A stretch of DNA of 64,000 bases from NCBI GenBank assembly GCA_963677925.2, contig CAXXYH010000003.1, positions 148,142-212,141 of the forward strand, read 5' to 3'. The position numbers and the translations under genes are program-made. Below, piece after piece: positions 1-8,632 of this stretch (the first letter of the stretch is position 1; the number at the start of each line of letters is the position of its first letter). The notes below the pieces were generated by a model. That model ran no database searches and had not been told where the DNA came from. It saw nothing but the letters and a program-made list of their open reading frames with translations. This DNA comes from Spirochaetia bacterium (GTDB taxonomy: Bacteria > Spirochaetota > Spirochaetia > UBA9216).

Positions 1-832
1 TAGCTTCAGCTGTTGCTGCATTTCCGCCGATAACAGTGATGTTGTATTTTTTCTTGATGTCTGCAACAGCTTTGATTACGCTGTCTGCGTCACCGTGGGC
101 AGTATCAAGTGCAATAAAATCAACTCTGTTTTCAAGCAGCAGCGGAATACGTTTATCAAAATCCTGAGGAGAAACAGCGGCGCCTACAATAAGCCTTCCA
201 TGAGCATCAGTTGCTGCATTTGGATGATCGTTGTGCTTTTCCATATCTTTTACGGTAATCAGTCCGGTAATCTTTCCGGAAGCATCAACTACCGGCAGTT
301 TCTCAATTTTATAAGTGTTGAATTTATCCTGTGCAGATTCAGGTGTTATGTTTCCGCTTTCAGTAATAACCTTTCCGGTCATAACATCTTTAACAAGCAG
401 ATTATTGTTATCGCAGAACCTCAGATCACGTCCGGTAATAATACCTGTTAAAATACCGGTTTCATTGGTTACCGGAAAGCCAGACACACCGTATTTCTGT
501 CTGAGAGCCCTTACATCGCCTATCAGCGTGTCTTCATGAACAGTTATGGGATTTTCTATGATCCAGTTTAGAAAACGCTTTACAGACCCAACCTGAGCAG
601 CCTGTTCTTCCGGAGAAAGATTACGGTGAATAACACCTGCGCCTCCTTCAAGTGCCAGTGCAATGGCCATATCCTCTTCTGTTACGGTATCCATAGCGGC
701 TGAAAGAACCGGAGTATTAAGATATATATCACCGGCCAGTCTTGTTTTTACACTCGCTGTATGAGGAAGAACTGAAGAATTCCCGGGGATGAGAAGAATA
801 TCGTCGTAACTGTATGATTCTTTTATTTCCAT
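1..832 (-). CDS. guaB: IMP dehydrogenase, N-terminal ~277 aa (3' part runs off the window start)
   Basis: Absent from the ORF track because there is no stop inside the window. My own minus-strand translation from ATG 832-830 reads MEIKESYSYDDILLIPGNSSVLPHTASVKT..AAMDTVTEEDMAIALALEGG..CBS pair (GVSGFPV.., KLPVVD..)..FIALDTAHGD. It starts 1 nt after the purB stop. Confidence 0.9.
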   Translation of the reverse strand, partial: MEIKESYSYDDILLIPGNSSVLPHTASVKTRLAGDIYLNTPVLSAAMDTVTEEDMAIALALEGGAGVIHRNLSPEEQAAQVGSVKRFLNWIIENPITVHEDTLIGDVRALRQKYGVSGFPVTNETGILTGIITGRDLRFCDNNNLLVKDVMTGKVITESGNITPESAQDKFNTYKIEKLPVVDASGKITGLITVKDMEKHNDHPNAATDAHGRLIVGAAVSPQDFDKRIPLLLENRVDFIALDTAHGDADSVIKAVADIKKKYNITVIGGNAATAEA

Positions 833-833
833 C

Positions 834-2261
834 TTAGAGACTCTCCCTTATTTTTTTCATTTCTTCTGTATATCTGCCGGTAATCATCATTGTCTTTTCT
901 ACAGCCTTGCCCCGGTAAAGTTCTGGTTTTGCAAAAAATTCTGCAGCATCTATTCCTGCAGTTGATGAAAGCTGTTCAGAGATGCTCTTCCAGACTTCGG
1001 GCTGCTTCGGAAGTTCAGCAGCAAGAGTTGTTCCGTTCTTTTCACATTCAAGGGTCACTTTTCTTATAACTTCGTGTGCATCGGGTTCACCGGCGCATGA
1101 AAGAAGAATATAAGCGGCCTCTGCAAGAACAAGATCTCCGGTGAAATGCAGATTCTCGGAAAGTCTCTTCTTATCAACATAAAGTGTGCTGACAATCTTA
1201 ATCATTCTTGCCACTGCAGCGCTGAAGCCTGCTATGTAATCAGCAATAAATCTGGATGAGGCTGAGTTGGAAAGATCCCTCTGATGCTCTGAAATCTGGT
1301 CCATGTAAAATGTAACAACCCTGGGTGCAAATGCTTTCCACAGGCTTTTGACATGCTCTGAATTCCACGGATTTCTTTTCTGGGGCATTGTCGATGAGCC
1401 GACCTGGGTTGATGTGAACATCTCGCGCAGTTCGGAAATTTCAGAACGCTGTAGATGCCTCAGGTCATCGGCAAGATTTGCCAGTACTCCGAATGCTGTA
1501 TTTATTTCGAGAAGCAGTCTAAGCAGGTATTCCGGCTCCACCATCTGGGTTGAATGCTCTGAGGCTTCAAGGCCGAGATAGTCAAGATATCTTTTTTCAA
1601 GATCAAAGGGATCCTTAACCATCATGCTTGTTGAGTTATATGCTCCTACGGCACCTGCAAGTTTTCCTTTAAGCTGATTGGATAGTCTTTCAATTTCAAT
1701 AATTGATTTACCTAGTCTGGATACATACTCTGCAAGGGCAAAACCAAGAGTTACCGGAACCGCATGCTGTCCGTGAGTTCTTCCTACCTGCGGAGTATCT
1801 GCCTCATCGGCAGCAACTTTTATAAGTTTTTCTTCGAGTTCAATTAACTGCGGCAGAATAACGTTTTTAACACCATCCCGGTACTTCATAGATGAAGCGG
1901 TATCAAGAATATCTACCGAAGTAGCGCCGAGATGAACAAAGGGTTTTATTTCATCCGGGAGCTTTGCCTTCATAACGTTGACAAGAGCTCTGATGTTATG
2001 CTGTGTTTTTTCTTCTTCAGCGTATACTTCGTCGGGAGTTATTTCTTCTGCGATTCGGTCAACTGTTTCGAAGAAGCTGTCATAAGCGGGGCTCTGAAGG
2101 CTCATGTGGCTTTTGAGCAGTGCACATTCGGCTTTGATGCAGTACATGATACTGGCTTCTTCACTTATATATTCTGCCAGCGCATCAAAATTCTTTCGGT
2201 TTGCTAAATAATATCGGTGATCTAGCGGTGATATGTTCTTAAAAATGTTTCTGTCTTCCAT
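834..2261 (-). CDS. purB: Adenylosuccinate lyase
   Basis: 475 aa. Carries the fumarate-lyase family signature GSSTMPQKRNP and HLGATSVDILDT. Length and architecture fit PurB. ATG start. Confidence 0.93.
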   Translation of the reverse strand: MEDRNIFKNISPLDHRYYLANRKNFDALAEYISEEASIMYCIKAECALLKSHMSLQSPAYDSFFETVDRIAEEITPDEVYAEEEKTQHNIRALVNVMKAKLPDEIKPFVHLGATSVDILDTASSMKYRDGVKNVILPQLIELEEKLIKVAADEADTPQVGRTHGQHAVPVTLGFALAEYVSRLGKSIIEIERLSNQLKGKLAGAVGAYNSTSMMVKDPFDLEKRYLDYLGLEASEHSTQMVEPEYLLRLLLEINTAFGVLANLADDLRHLQRSEISELREMFTSTQVGSSTMPQKRNPWNSEHVKSLWKAFAPRVVTFYMDQISEHQRDLSNSASSRFIADYIAGFSAAVARMIKIVSTLYVDKKRLSENLHFTGDLVLAEAAYILLSCAGEPDAHEVIRKVTLECEKNGTTLAAELPKQPEVWKSISEQLSSTAGIDAAEFFAKPELYRGKAVEKTMMITGRYTEEMKKIRESL

Positions 2262-2332
2262 ACGAGAAGATACCAGAAAACTTTTAAAATGTGAATACAG
2301 ACCGGGTTTAAATATGATATTATTCAGTATCT

Positions 2333-4225
2333 ATGATAAAAACCAAAAGTCCTGAATTACTTCTGACAGAGGCCATAGAAGACGGGCGCAACCGTAATTA
2401 CCAGTCGGCACTGAAAAAACTCAAAGAAGTACTCGTGCTCACAGACGGGCTCCCCGAAGCTTTTCTTTATGCCGGAAGGGCTAACCATGCCCTGGGTAAT
2501 CTTGAAGCGGCGGTTACAGCATATAAATTTTATATAGATAAAGTTCCTCAATCAGGTGCCGGATATTTTTATCTTGGAAGAACTTATATTGCTCTGGATA
2601 ACTTTGTGCAGGCGTCAATCTGCTTTGCAGAATCAATACAGTATAGCAAAAGCTTCGCCCCTGCCTATGCCTATTATGGTTATTCACTGGTAAGACGGGG
2701 GAAATTCAGAATCGCGCTAAGGTATCTTGAACAGGCTGTTAATCTTGATCCAGTTGACAGATCAATTTACACGATGTATGTAAACGCTGTTTTTATTGCT
2801 TCTGTAGATGCGTTTCGAAAGGAAGATTTCGACTACGCACTATCTGGTTTTCTTTTTCTTAATGAATCAGATAATTCGAATCTTTCTACTCTTCTATATA
2901 CCGGAATCATTCTAAAAGACAGCGGAAGACATGACGAGGCTGCTGCTTTTTTACAGATGGCCTCAGCATACGCTTCTGATGATAATGAAATAAAAAGTCT
3001 TTTAGCAGAAGCTCTTTTTTTAAGCGGACAAATCGAGGAAGGAGATAAAGTCCTCTCATCTTTTATGACGCCGTCTGATAAAAATGAATTTATCAGCAAT
3101 TTGAGCAATCTGGAAGATATTTTTGCGGTAGCTTACTATAAAAAAAATGATTTTAAATCCGCCTTTCATTTTGCAATAAAATCACTTAAAAAAGATAAAA
3201 CCGAAAGCATGTATCTGTTGGCAGGTGACTGCATTCTTAAATCCGGCAATATAGAAATTGCCTACAATCACTTCACACGTGCCCTTGAATTAAACAGAAA
3301 GTCCTCCGGCGCAATGCAGGGACGGGCTGCAGCTCTCTGGCTTTTAAGAGATTTCAGTAATATGAAGAAAGAAATCAGTGCTATCCTGAAAATTAATCCG
3401 TCAGACGAGTTTGCTGAATATTATAAACCCTTGTGCAGTTATTATACAAAAGAGCCTGTATCAGAATGGAAGTTCGCTATAGAGCAGAGAATCAAGAAAA
3501 ATCCTGATCACTGGTACTGCACTGTTCTTGGCGAATATTATTTAAATCAAGGCAAGGCTCCTGAAAAAGCTGAAAAACTTTTTAAGAAAGCTGTAGCTGC
3601 CAAACCGGACCACAAAGAAGCCTGGGATGGACTTTTAATCATTCACCATGACAGGTCCGATAACAATACTGAAAAAATTCTCAGTGATTATCTCCGTGTT
3701 TACCGATTTGATCAGCAGATAAGAGAAAAACTTGTTCATATCTACATTAAAAATTCTAATTTTAAGCAGGCTATAACCGAACTGGAAATAATTTCAGCAG
3801 AACAGAGTACTAATATTAAAATAATCAGGCAGCTTGCATACTGCAACAGAATGAGTAAAAACTTCAGGGAAGCTGCAATATTGTACCGCAGAATCCTTCA
3901 AACCATGCCGGAAGATGAAAACATCCTGAAAAACCTGGTCTACTGCTATCGAAGATCAGGGAATGAAGTGCAGGCAGGCCTTCTGCTTGCTGCGGCTATA
4001 GATTACCTGCCCAAGCCGGGAACAGAACTATTTCTTACATACGGAGTATCATTATACAGGCTTGGGAAACCGGAAGAGGCATTAAGCGTTTTTCAGAAAT
4101 GCTTATACAGCGGTCATCGTGACTGGCGGCTTTTTAGAAATATGGGAATTATCTACCGTGAAAAAGGCCTTAAAGATTATTCAAGAATGTATTTCAGTAA
4201 GGCAGAGGAACTGAAAAAAAGATAA
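2333..4225 (+). CDS. Cytoplasmic TPR-repeat protein (630 aa)
   Basis: Long ORF with repeated A/Y/L-rich 34-residue-type helical repeats (..AYAYYGYSLVRRGKF..ALRYLEQAVNLDP..). No signal peptide. Confidence 0.75.
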   Translation: MIKTKSPELLLTEAIEDGRNRNYQSALKKLKEVLVLTDGLPEAFLYAGRANHALGNLEAAVTAYKFYIDKVPQSGAGYFYLGRTYIALDNFVQASICFAESIQYSKSFAPAYAYYGYSLVRRGKFRIALRYLEQAVNLDPVDRSIYTMYVNAVFIASVDAFRKEDFDYALSGFLFLNESDNSNLSTLLYTGIILKDSGRHDEAAAFLQMASAYASDDNEIKSLLAEALFLSGQIEEGDKVLSSFMTPSDKNEFISNLSNLEDIFAVAYYKKNDFKSAFHFAIKSLKKDKTESMYLLAGDCILKSGNIEIAYNHFTRALELNRKSSGAMQGRAAALWLLRDFSNMKKEISAILKINPSDEFAEYYKPLCSYYTKEPVSEWKFAIEQRIKKNPDHWYCTVLGEYYLNQGKAPEKAEKLFKKAVAAKPDHKEAWDGLLIIHHDRSDNNTEKILSDYLRVYRFDQQIREKLVHIYIKNSNFKQAITELEIISAEQSTNIKIIRQLAYCNRMSKNFREAAILYRRILQTMPEDENILKNLVYCYRRSGNEVQAGLLLAAAIDYLPKPGTELFLTYGVSLYRLGKPEEALSVFQKCLYSGHRDWRLFRNMGIIYREKGLKDYSRMYFSKAEELKKR

Positions 4226-4277
4226 ACTTTATTGCGTAATAAAGTTGTTCATTCTATAATAATTACAGGAGGATGGC

Positions 4278-4826
4278 ATGGGTAACGTAAAAGCACTCGA
4301 TTTATTTCAGGCATACAACGAAGGTAAACTTCCGCAGGACGGCGGATATATTGTTTCTTCATTTTTCAGCAATAATTCCCCATATGCAATTTATGAGGTT
4401 GTAGCCTATGCAGGAGTTAAAAATATCAGTTTAAGCGGTGAAGGTCTTACATTTCAGACTGACGGAAGCAAACTGTACATACTTGTCGAACCGTCAATGT
4501 ATCCCAAAAAGTACATTGAACCGGTTTCCAGGGAATTCGGTAAATCTATTCCTTTCAGATTTAATGAACTTAATATACATAATTCAAAAAATCAGTATAA
4601 AATTATGGTTCCTAAAAAGCCGATTATTACTTATTCTTCATTTACAATCCTGAAACCAACCGGTATTAATTTTGCATTATGTTTTTATCATCTTCCAGAA
4701 GTACTGGAAACACTTGAATTTTTCTTCGTACAGACCTTCAACAGAGAATGTCAGGTACCTAAAAGAGATTCGGAACAGGCAGCCAAGATGGTAATTGAAG
4801 GTGTTAAAAATTTCGGAACATTCTAA
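4278..4826 (+). CDS. Hypothetical protein (182 aa)
   Basis: ORF preceded by a strong SD (AGGAGGATGGC-ATG). No motif that I recognise. Confidence 0.65.
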   Translation: MGNVKALDLFQAYNEGKLPQDGGYIVSSFFSNNSPYAIYEVVAYAGVKNISLSGEGLTFQTDGSKLYILVEPSMYPKKYIEPVSREFGKSIPFRFNELNIHNSKNQYKIMVPKKPIITYSSFTILKPTGINFALCFYHLPEVLETLEFFFVQTFNRECQVPKRDSEQAAKMVIEGVKNFGTF

Positions 4827-4845
4827 TAACTTTTTATTTTTATAA

Positions 4846-4882
4846 AAAAAGGGGCTTTCTTATAAAAAGATGCCCCTTTTTT
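4846..4882. terminator. Bidirectional rho-independent terminator between convergent genes
   Basis: AAAAAGGGGC - 16 nt loop - GCCCCTTTTTT lies between the stops at 4826 (+) and 4904 (-). An A-run and a T-run flank the GC stem. Confidence 0.6.
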
Positions 4883-4903
4883 GTTTATGTATGCGTTAAG
4901 CTT

Positions 4904-7540
4904 CTAATTCGTTTTCAGCAGAGCCTGTGCAGTTGCAAGAGCGGCTATAGGAACTGAATAGGTTGAGCAGGATACATAATCCAGTCCGTTTTCAATACAG
5001 AATTCTATATTCTCAGGTGCTGCTCCATGTTCACCGCAAAGTCCCTTCTTTAGATCGGGCCTTGTTATAGTTCCCCGCTGAACAGCTGTTGCTATCAGTT
5101 CCTTTACAGGACGTTCCAGTGTTCTGAAAGGATTACCGCTCATAATATCATAAAGGGTATAGTCAGGCATAAACGAAGTAAAATCATCTCTTGAGAGGCC
5201 TAATGTAGTCTGAGTAAGATCATTGGTGCCAAACGAGAAAAACTGTGCATATCTGGCAATATTATCAGCGGACAATGCAGCCGCAGGAAGCTCAATCATA
5301 GTCCCTACTTTATAATCAACCGGTTTTACTTTCAGCTGTTCACGAACGTTCTGCTCTATTTCGACAAGGCCCTTATAATGAGAACCTTCAATTTTCTTTC
5401 CGTAAAGGATCATCTTAAGTTCGGTCTCATTCATAATCAGCGGTATCATTATCTCAGGTTTTACATCTATACCCTTCGATTTAACAGCATAGGCGGCCTC
5501 AAAGATAGATTCGATCTGCATTTGATAAATTTCAGGATAACTGATTGCTATTCTGCACCCTCTATGACCAAGCATGGGATTGAATTCTTTAAGGCTCTCT
5601 GATTTTTCCCTTAGCTGTTTTTCAGTGATTTTCGTTCCGGAAGTTTTAAGGTAATCAAGAAATGCTTTTACCTCTGCAGTATTGTGAGGCAGAAACTCAT
5701 GAAGCGGAGCATCAAGAAGTCTTATGTTGATTTCTTTTCCGTTCATTACCTTAAAGAGATCCTGAAAATCTTTTTTCTGCATCTGTTTAAGTTTTTTAAG
5801 GACCTTAGCTCTTTCTTCAGAGGTCTCGGCAAAAATCATTTCACGAAATACATTGATGCGTTTTTCATCGAAAAACATATGCTCTGTTCTACATAGCCCG
5901 ATTCCATCTGCACCGAAGGCAAGAGCCAGTTTTGCATCTGCAGCTTTATCACAGTTTGCCCGTATATCAAATCCTTTTATATTATCTTTAACTATCTTAA
6001 GAAAATCTATCAAACCATTTTTAGCAGGATCAGGTTTTATAAGCTGAGCTTTACCCCATACAATTGAAGGTGTATCAAATTCCGGTACATTAAGCGTGAT
6101 GAAATCACCTTCCTTAATAGTCTTACCGCCAATAGTGGCTTTTTTACCGTTGATTTTAATATCAGGATTTACAAGCGATACTTTACCATACTGTCTTGCA
6201 ACTACTGAGGCATGAGCCGAATAGCCACCTTCTGAAGAAAGTACTCCGGTAGCAATTTCTATAGCCTTAACATCCTCTGCAAAACTTGAAGTAAGACACA
6301 AAATCAGTCTGTCATCAAGATCATTCATTCTTGAGGTTTTATACTCTTCAATAAGTCCCTCTGTAGAAAAGAAAACCCTGCCGACAGCCGCACCCGGAGC
6401 GCCTGAAATTCCCCCCTCTACTTTCGGCATAGACTTTACTGAATCAAGATCTATAACAGGGTGTAGAAGTTCATTAAGTTCAGAAGGTTTGATAGCATTA
6501 ATAACCTGAGTATCATTTATAAGTTTTTTATTTTTAAGGTCAAGAAGCAGCTGAATATCGGCTCTTGTTGATTTTTCACTGATCGGATTCTGATTTATAA
6601 GTGACAGTCTTCCGTTTTCAATAGTAAAACCTATTTTTCGGATATCAAGATAGGTCGTTTCAAGTTTTAAAGCTATATCTTCAAACTGTTTAAGATATTT
6701 TTTATCTATATTTTTGATCGACTTACCGCTTGATTCGGGGGAATTGAATTTATTAGTAAAATATTCACCTTCAAGAACTCCATTTCCGGTGATTGTATTT
6801 CTTGTTGTGAAATATCCGGAATAACTGTCTTTACCATAGTTACCGTAAACCATAGGCTGTATAAGAACGGCAACACCGGTATTTTCAGTATCTTCCAGTT
6901 TAATCAGGTAGCTTATGCGTTTTAAAACGGCCGCCAGCTGAGTCCTTGCAGTACTGAAAAGTTCTTCAGGAAGATCTTTCTTTTTCTGTTCCAGATATTT
7001 TCTACATTCATCAGCCTTCATGTTCTTACTGAGAAAACGTCCCGTTTCCTTTATATACTGATGATATTTATTGGCAAGTTTTGTATCTTCATTAAGTTCT
7101 GCAATTCTTTCTTCTATTGCGTAAATACCGTTGAGCATAAAAAGTATTTCCTGATACGCAAAATCTTTACCAACAAACTCACTGAAGCCTTCGAATGTAT
7201 TATCAGCAAGTCCGAAATTATGCAGAACGGGGTACCTGGCGATTGCCAGATTAGAACTGATAACGAGTTTAAGCAGCATCGGGTTTTTATCGCTGTCAAA
7301 TGTTTTGCCGCTTTCTTTAGTATAATCACTGAAAAAGGGTTTTAAAGCATCAATAACTGCATCAACATCATCAAGATTTGAAGTTATTTCTGTTCCAAGT
7401 ATAACACCTGGAACTACAGGCATTCCCATTGAAATGAGGTCATAGGTCTGCTGCCCTCTTATTCCTATTTTATTCTGTTCAGGTGCAGTTTTTGATAATT
7501 TATTCTTGCTTATAAAATATATATTTGATTTGATATCCAT
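4904..7540 (-). CDS. ppdK: Pyruvate, phosphate dikinase
   Basis: 878 aa. Has the phosphohistidine swivel motif GGYSAHASVVARQYG, the PEP-utilising C-terminal GLCRTEHMF, and FFSFGTNDLTQ. Confidence 0.95.
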   Translation of the reverse strand: MDIKSNIYFISKNKLSKTAPEQNKIGIRGQQTYDLISMGMPVVPGVILGTEITSNLDDVDAVIDALKPFFSDYTKESGKTFDSDKNPMLLKLVISSNLAIARYPVLHNFGLADNTFEGFSEFVGKDFAYQEILFMLNGIYAIEERIAELNEDTKLANKYHQYIKETGRFLSKNMKADECRKYLEQKKKDLPEELFSTARTQLAAVLKRISYLIKLEDTENTGVAVLIQPMVYGNYGKDSYSGYFTTRNTITGNGVLEGEYFTNKFNSPESSGKSIKNIDKKYLKQFEDIALKLETTYLDIRKIGFTIENGRLSLINQNPISEKSTRADIQLLLDLKNKKLINDTQVINAIKPSELNELLHPVIDLDSVKSMPKVEGGISGAPGAAVGRVFFSTEGLIEEYKTSRMNDLDDRLILCLTSSFAEDVKAIEIATGVLSSEGGYSAHASVVARQYGKVSLVNPDIKINGKKATIGGKTIKEGDFITLNVPEFDTPSIVWGKAQLIKPDPAKNGLIDFLKIVKDNIKGFDIRANCDKAADAKLALAFGADGIGLCRTEHMFFDEKRINVFREMIFAETSEERAKVLKKLKQMQKKDFQDLFKVMNGKEINIRLLDAPLHEFLPHNTAEVKAFLDYLKTSGTKITEKQLREKSESLKEFNPMLGHRGCRIAISYPEIYQMQIESIFEAAYAVKSKGIDVKPEIMIPLIMNETELKMILYGKKIEGSHYKGLVEIEQNVREQLKVKPVDYKVGTMIELPAAALSADNIARYAQFFSFGTNDLTQTTLGLSRDDFTSFMPDYTLYDIMSGNPFRTLERPVKELIATAVQRGTITRPDLKKGLCGEHGAAPENIEFCIENGLDYVSCSTYSVPIAALATAQALLKTN

Positions 7541-7556
7541 GAATTAACCCTTATTA

Positions 7557-8579
7557 TTAGAAAAGATTTAAAACAGTATTGACCGGAAACCTTAAAAAGG
7601 CTTCAAACTGAGGACTTGCTCCCTGTTTTAAATATTTCTGAAGTTTTGCAACATCCTGAATATTTTCACCTGCTACGGCAAATAGAATAGCACTTCCATG
7701 TTTAACTTTACCCCATTTAAACAGTGAAGCAATATTTTGAATTCTTTCACCTTCATAAAAAATATATACTTCAAGATCAGGATTCTTTACTTTATAACTC
7801 TGAATTATTCGCTTCCAGGCTTCTACGTTACCATTATGAAAGAGTTCGTTGGTAACGGGGACTGAATATAAGGGGGTCATTTTAGAAGTATTTACAGGAC
7901 CGCCGGCAACAACATCTTCCGTTTCTTCATCCTGATATGAAGTTTCAGCTTTTTGGGGAGCTGAAGCTTTTTTAGCCGGGGTCTTAGCCACTTTTCTGGG
8001 TGCTGCTTTTTTCACAGGCTCTTCTGAAAGAGCATTATACTTATATTTGCCCTTTAGTAGGTTTTCCGGAAGTTTGAGCTTTTTACCCTCAAAAAGATCG
8101 AAAACCTTCTGAATTAAAGTATCCACCTCTTTAGGGTTGGAAACCTCATCAGTAAATTTTCCGGCATATACAGTGAAATACTCATTTTTTCTGAACTCAG
8201 AGACATTTTTCCAGCTCTCAGGATTCTTTGGATTTATTACATTATATCCAAGCTCCGGATGTATGTAAGAAATTACTAAATCATAGGATTTAAGCTTCTC
8301 TAATGAAGAAGCGATATATTCAAAATCAATTAAACTGTTTTTAAAATTACCGGACTTATACTTGTAGGAATATTTATCAACGAGAAGTGCACTCACTATT
8401 GACGGCATCTGATCCTGCTTGATTTCCTTCTCATTTACAAGATCATTTAATATATCAGCAAGACTGTATCCATCTTCAAAATCTGCAATAATACCCATTA
8501 CAGACTGAAAATGAATTAATGCATTATTAAAACCATTCCTGTCAGACAGATGATCATAGACGCGTAAAGTATCGTTCAT
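7557..8579 (-). CDS. Hypothetical protein (340 aa) with central Lys/Ala/Pro-rich linker
   Basis: The track ORF starts at TTG 8609 inside the terminator hairpin. ATG 8579 has an SD (GAGGGAACATA-ATG) and is my preferred start. Linker sequence is EEPVKKAAPRKVAKTPAKKASAPQKAE (nt 7923-8024). It lies 16 nt upstream of ppdK. Confidence 0.7.
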   Translation of the reverse strand: MNDTLRVYDHLSDRNGFNNALIHFQSVMGIIADFEDGYSLADILNDLVNEKEIKQDQMPSIVSALLVDKYSYKYKSGNFKNSLIDFEYIASSLEKLKSYDLVISYIHPELGYNVINPKNPESWKNVSEFRKNEYFTVYAGKFTDEVSNPKEVDTLIQKVFDLFEGKKLKLPENLLKGKYKYNALSEEPVKKAAPRKVAKTPAKKASAPQKAETSYQDEETEDVVAGGPVNTSKMTPLYSVPVTNELFHNGNVEAWKRIIQSYKVKNPDLEVYIFYEGERIQNIASLFKWGKVKHGSAILFAVAGENIQDVAKLQKYLKQGASPQFEAFLRFPVNTVLNLF

Positions 8580-8590
8580 TATGTTCCCTC

Positions 8591-8621
8591 GGTAAAAAAT
8601 GCCCCTCAATAATTGAGGGGC
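8591..8621 (-). terminator. Rho-independent terminator after the cfpA-like gene
   Basis: Minus strand reads GCCCCTCAA-TTA-TTGAGGGGC followed by ATTTTTTAC. It begins 12 nt after the stop at 8633. Confidence 0.7.
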
Positions 8622-8632
8622 AGCATTTCTTG

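Noticed and set aside
4225-4246. AT-only 9-bp hairpin AACTTTATT-gcgt-AATAAAGTT after the TPR gene
   Set aside because: The stem is entirely A/T and no U-run follows it. It is too weak to call a terminator, and the two flanking genes are probably co-transcribed.
8580-8609. Track 5' extension of the 7557 gene (MRGIFYRGNI..)
   Set aside because: The proposed TTG lies inside the stem of the terminator hairpin at 8601-8621. ATG 8579 has a proper SD.
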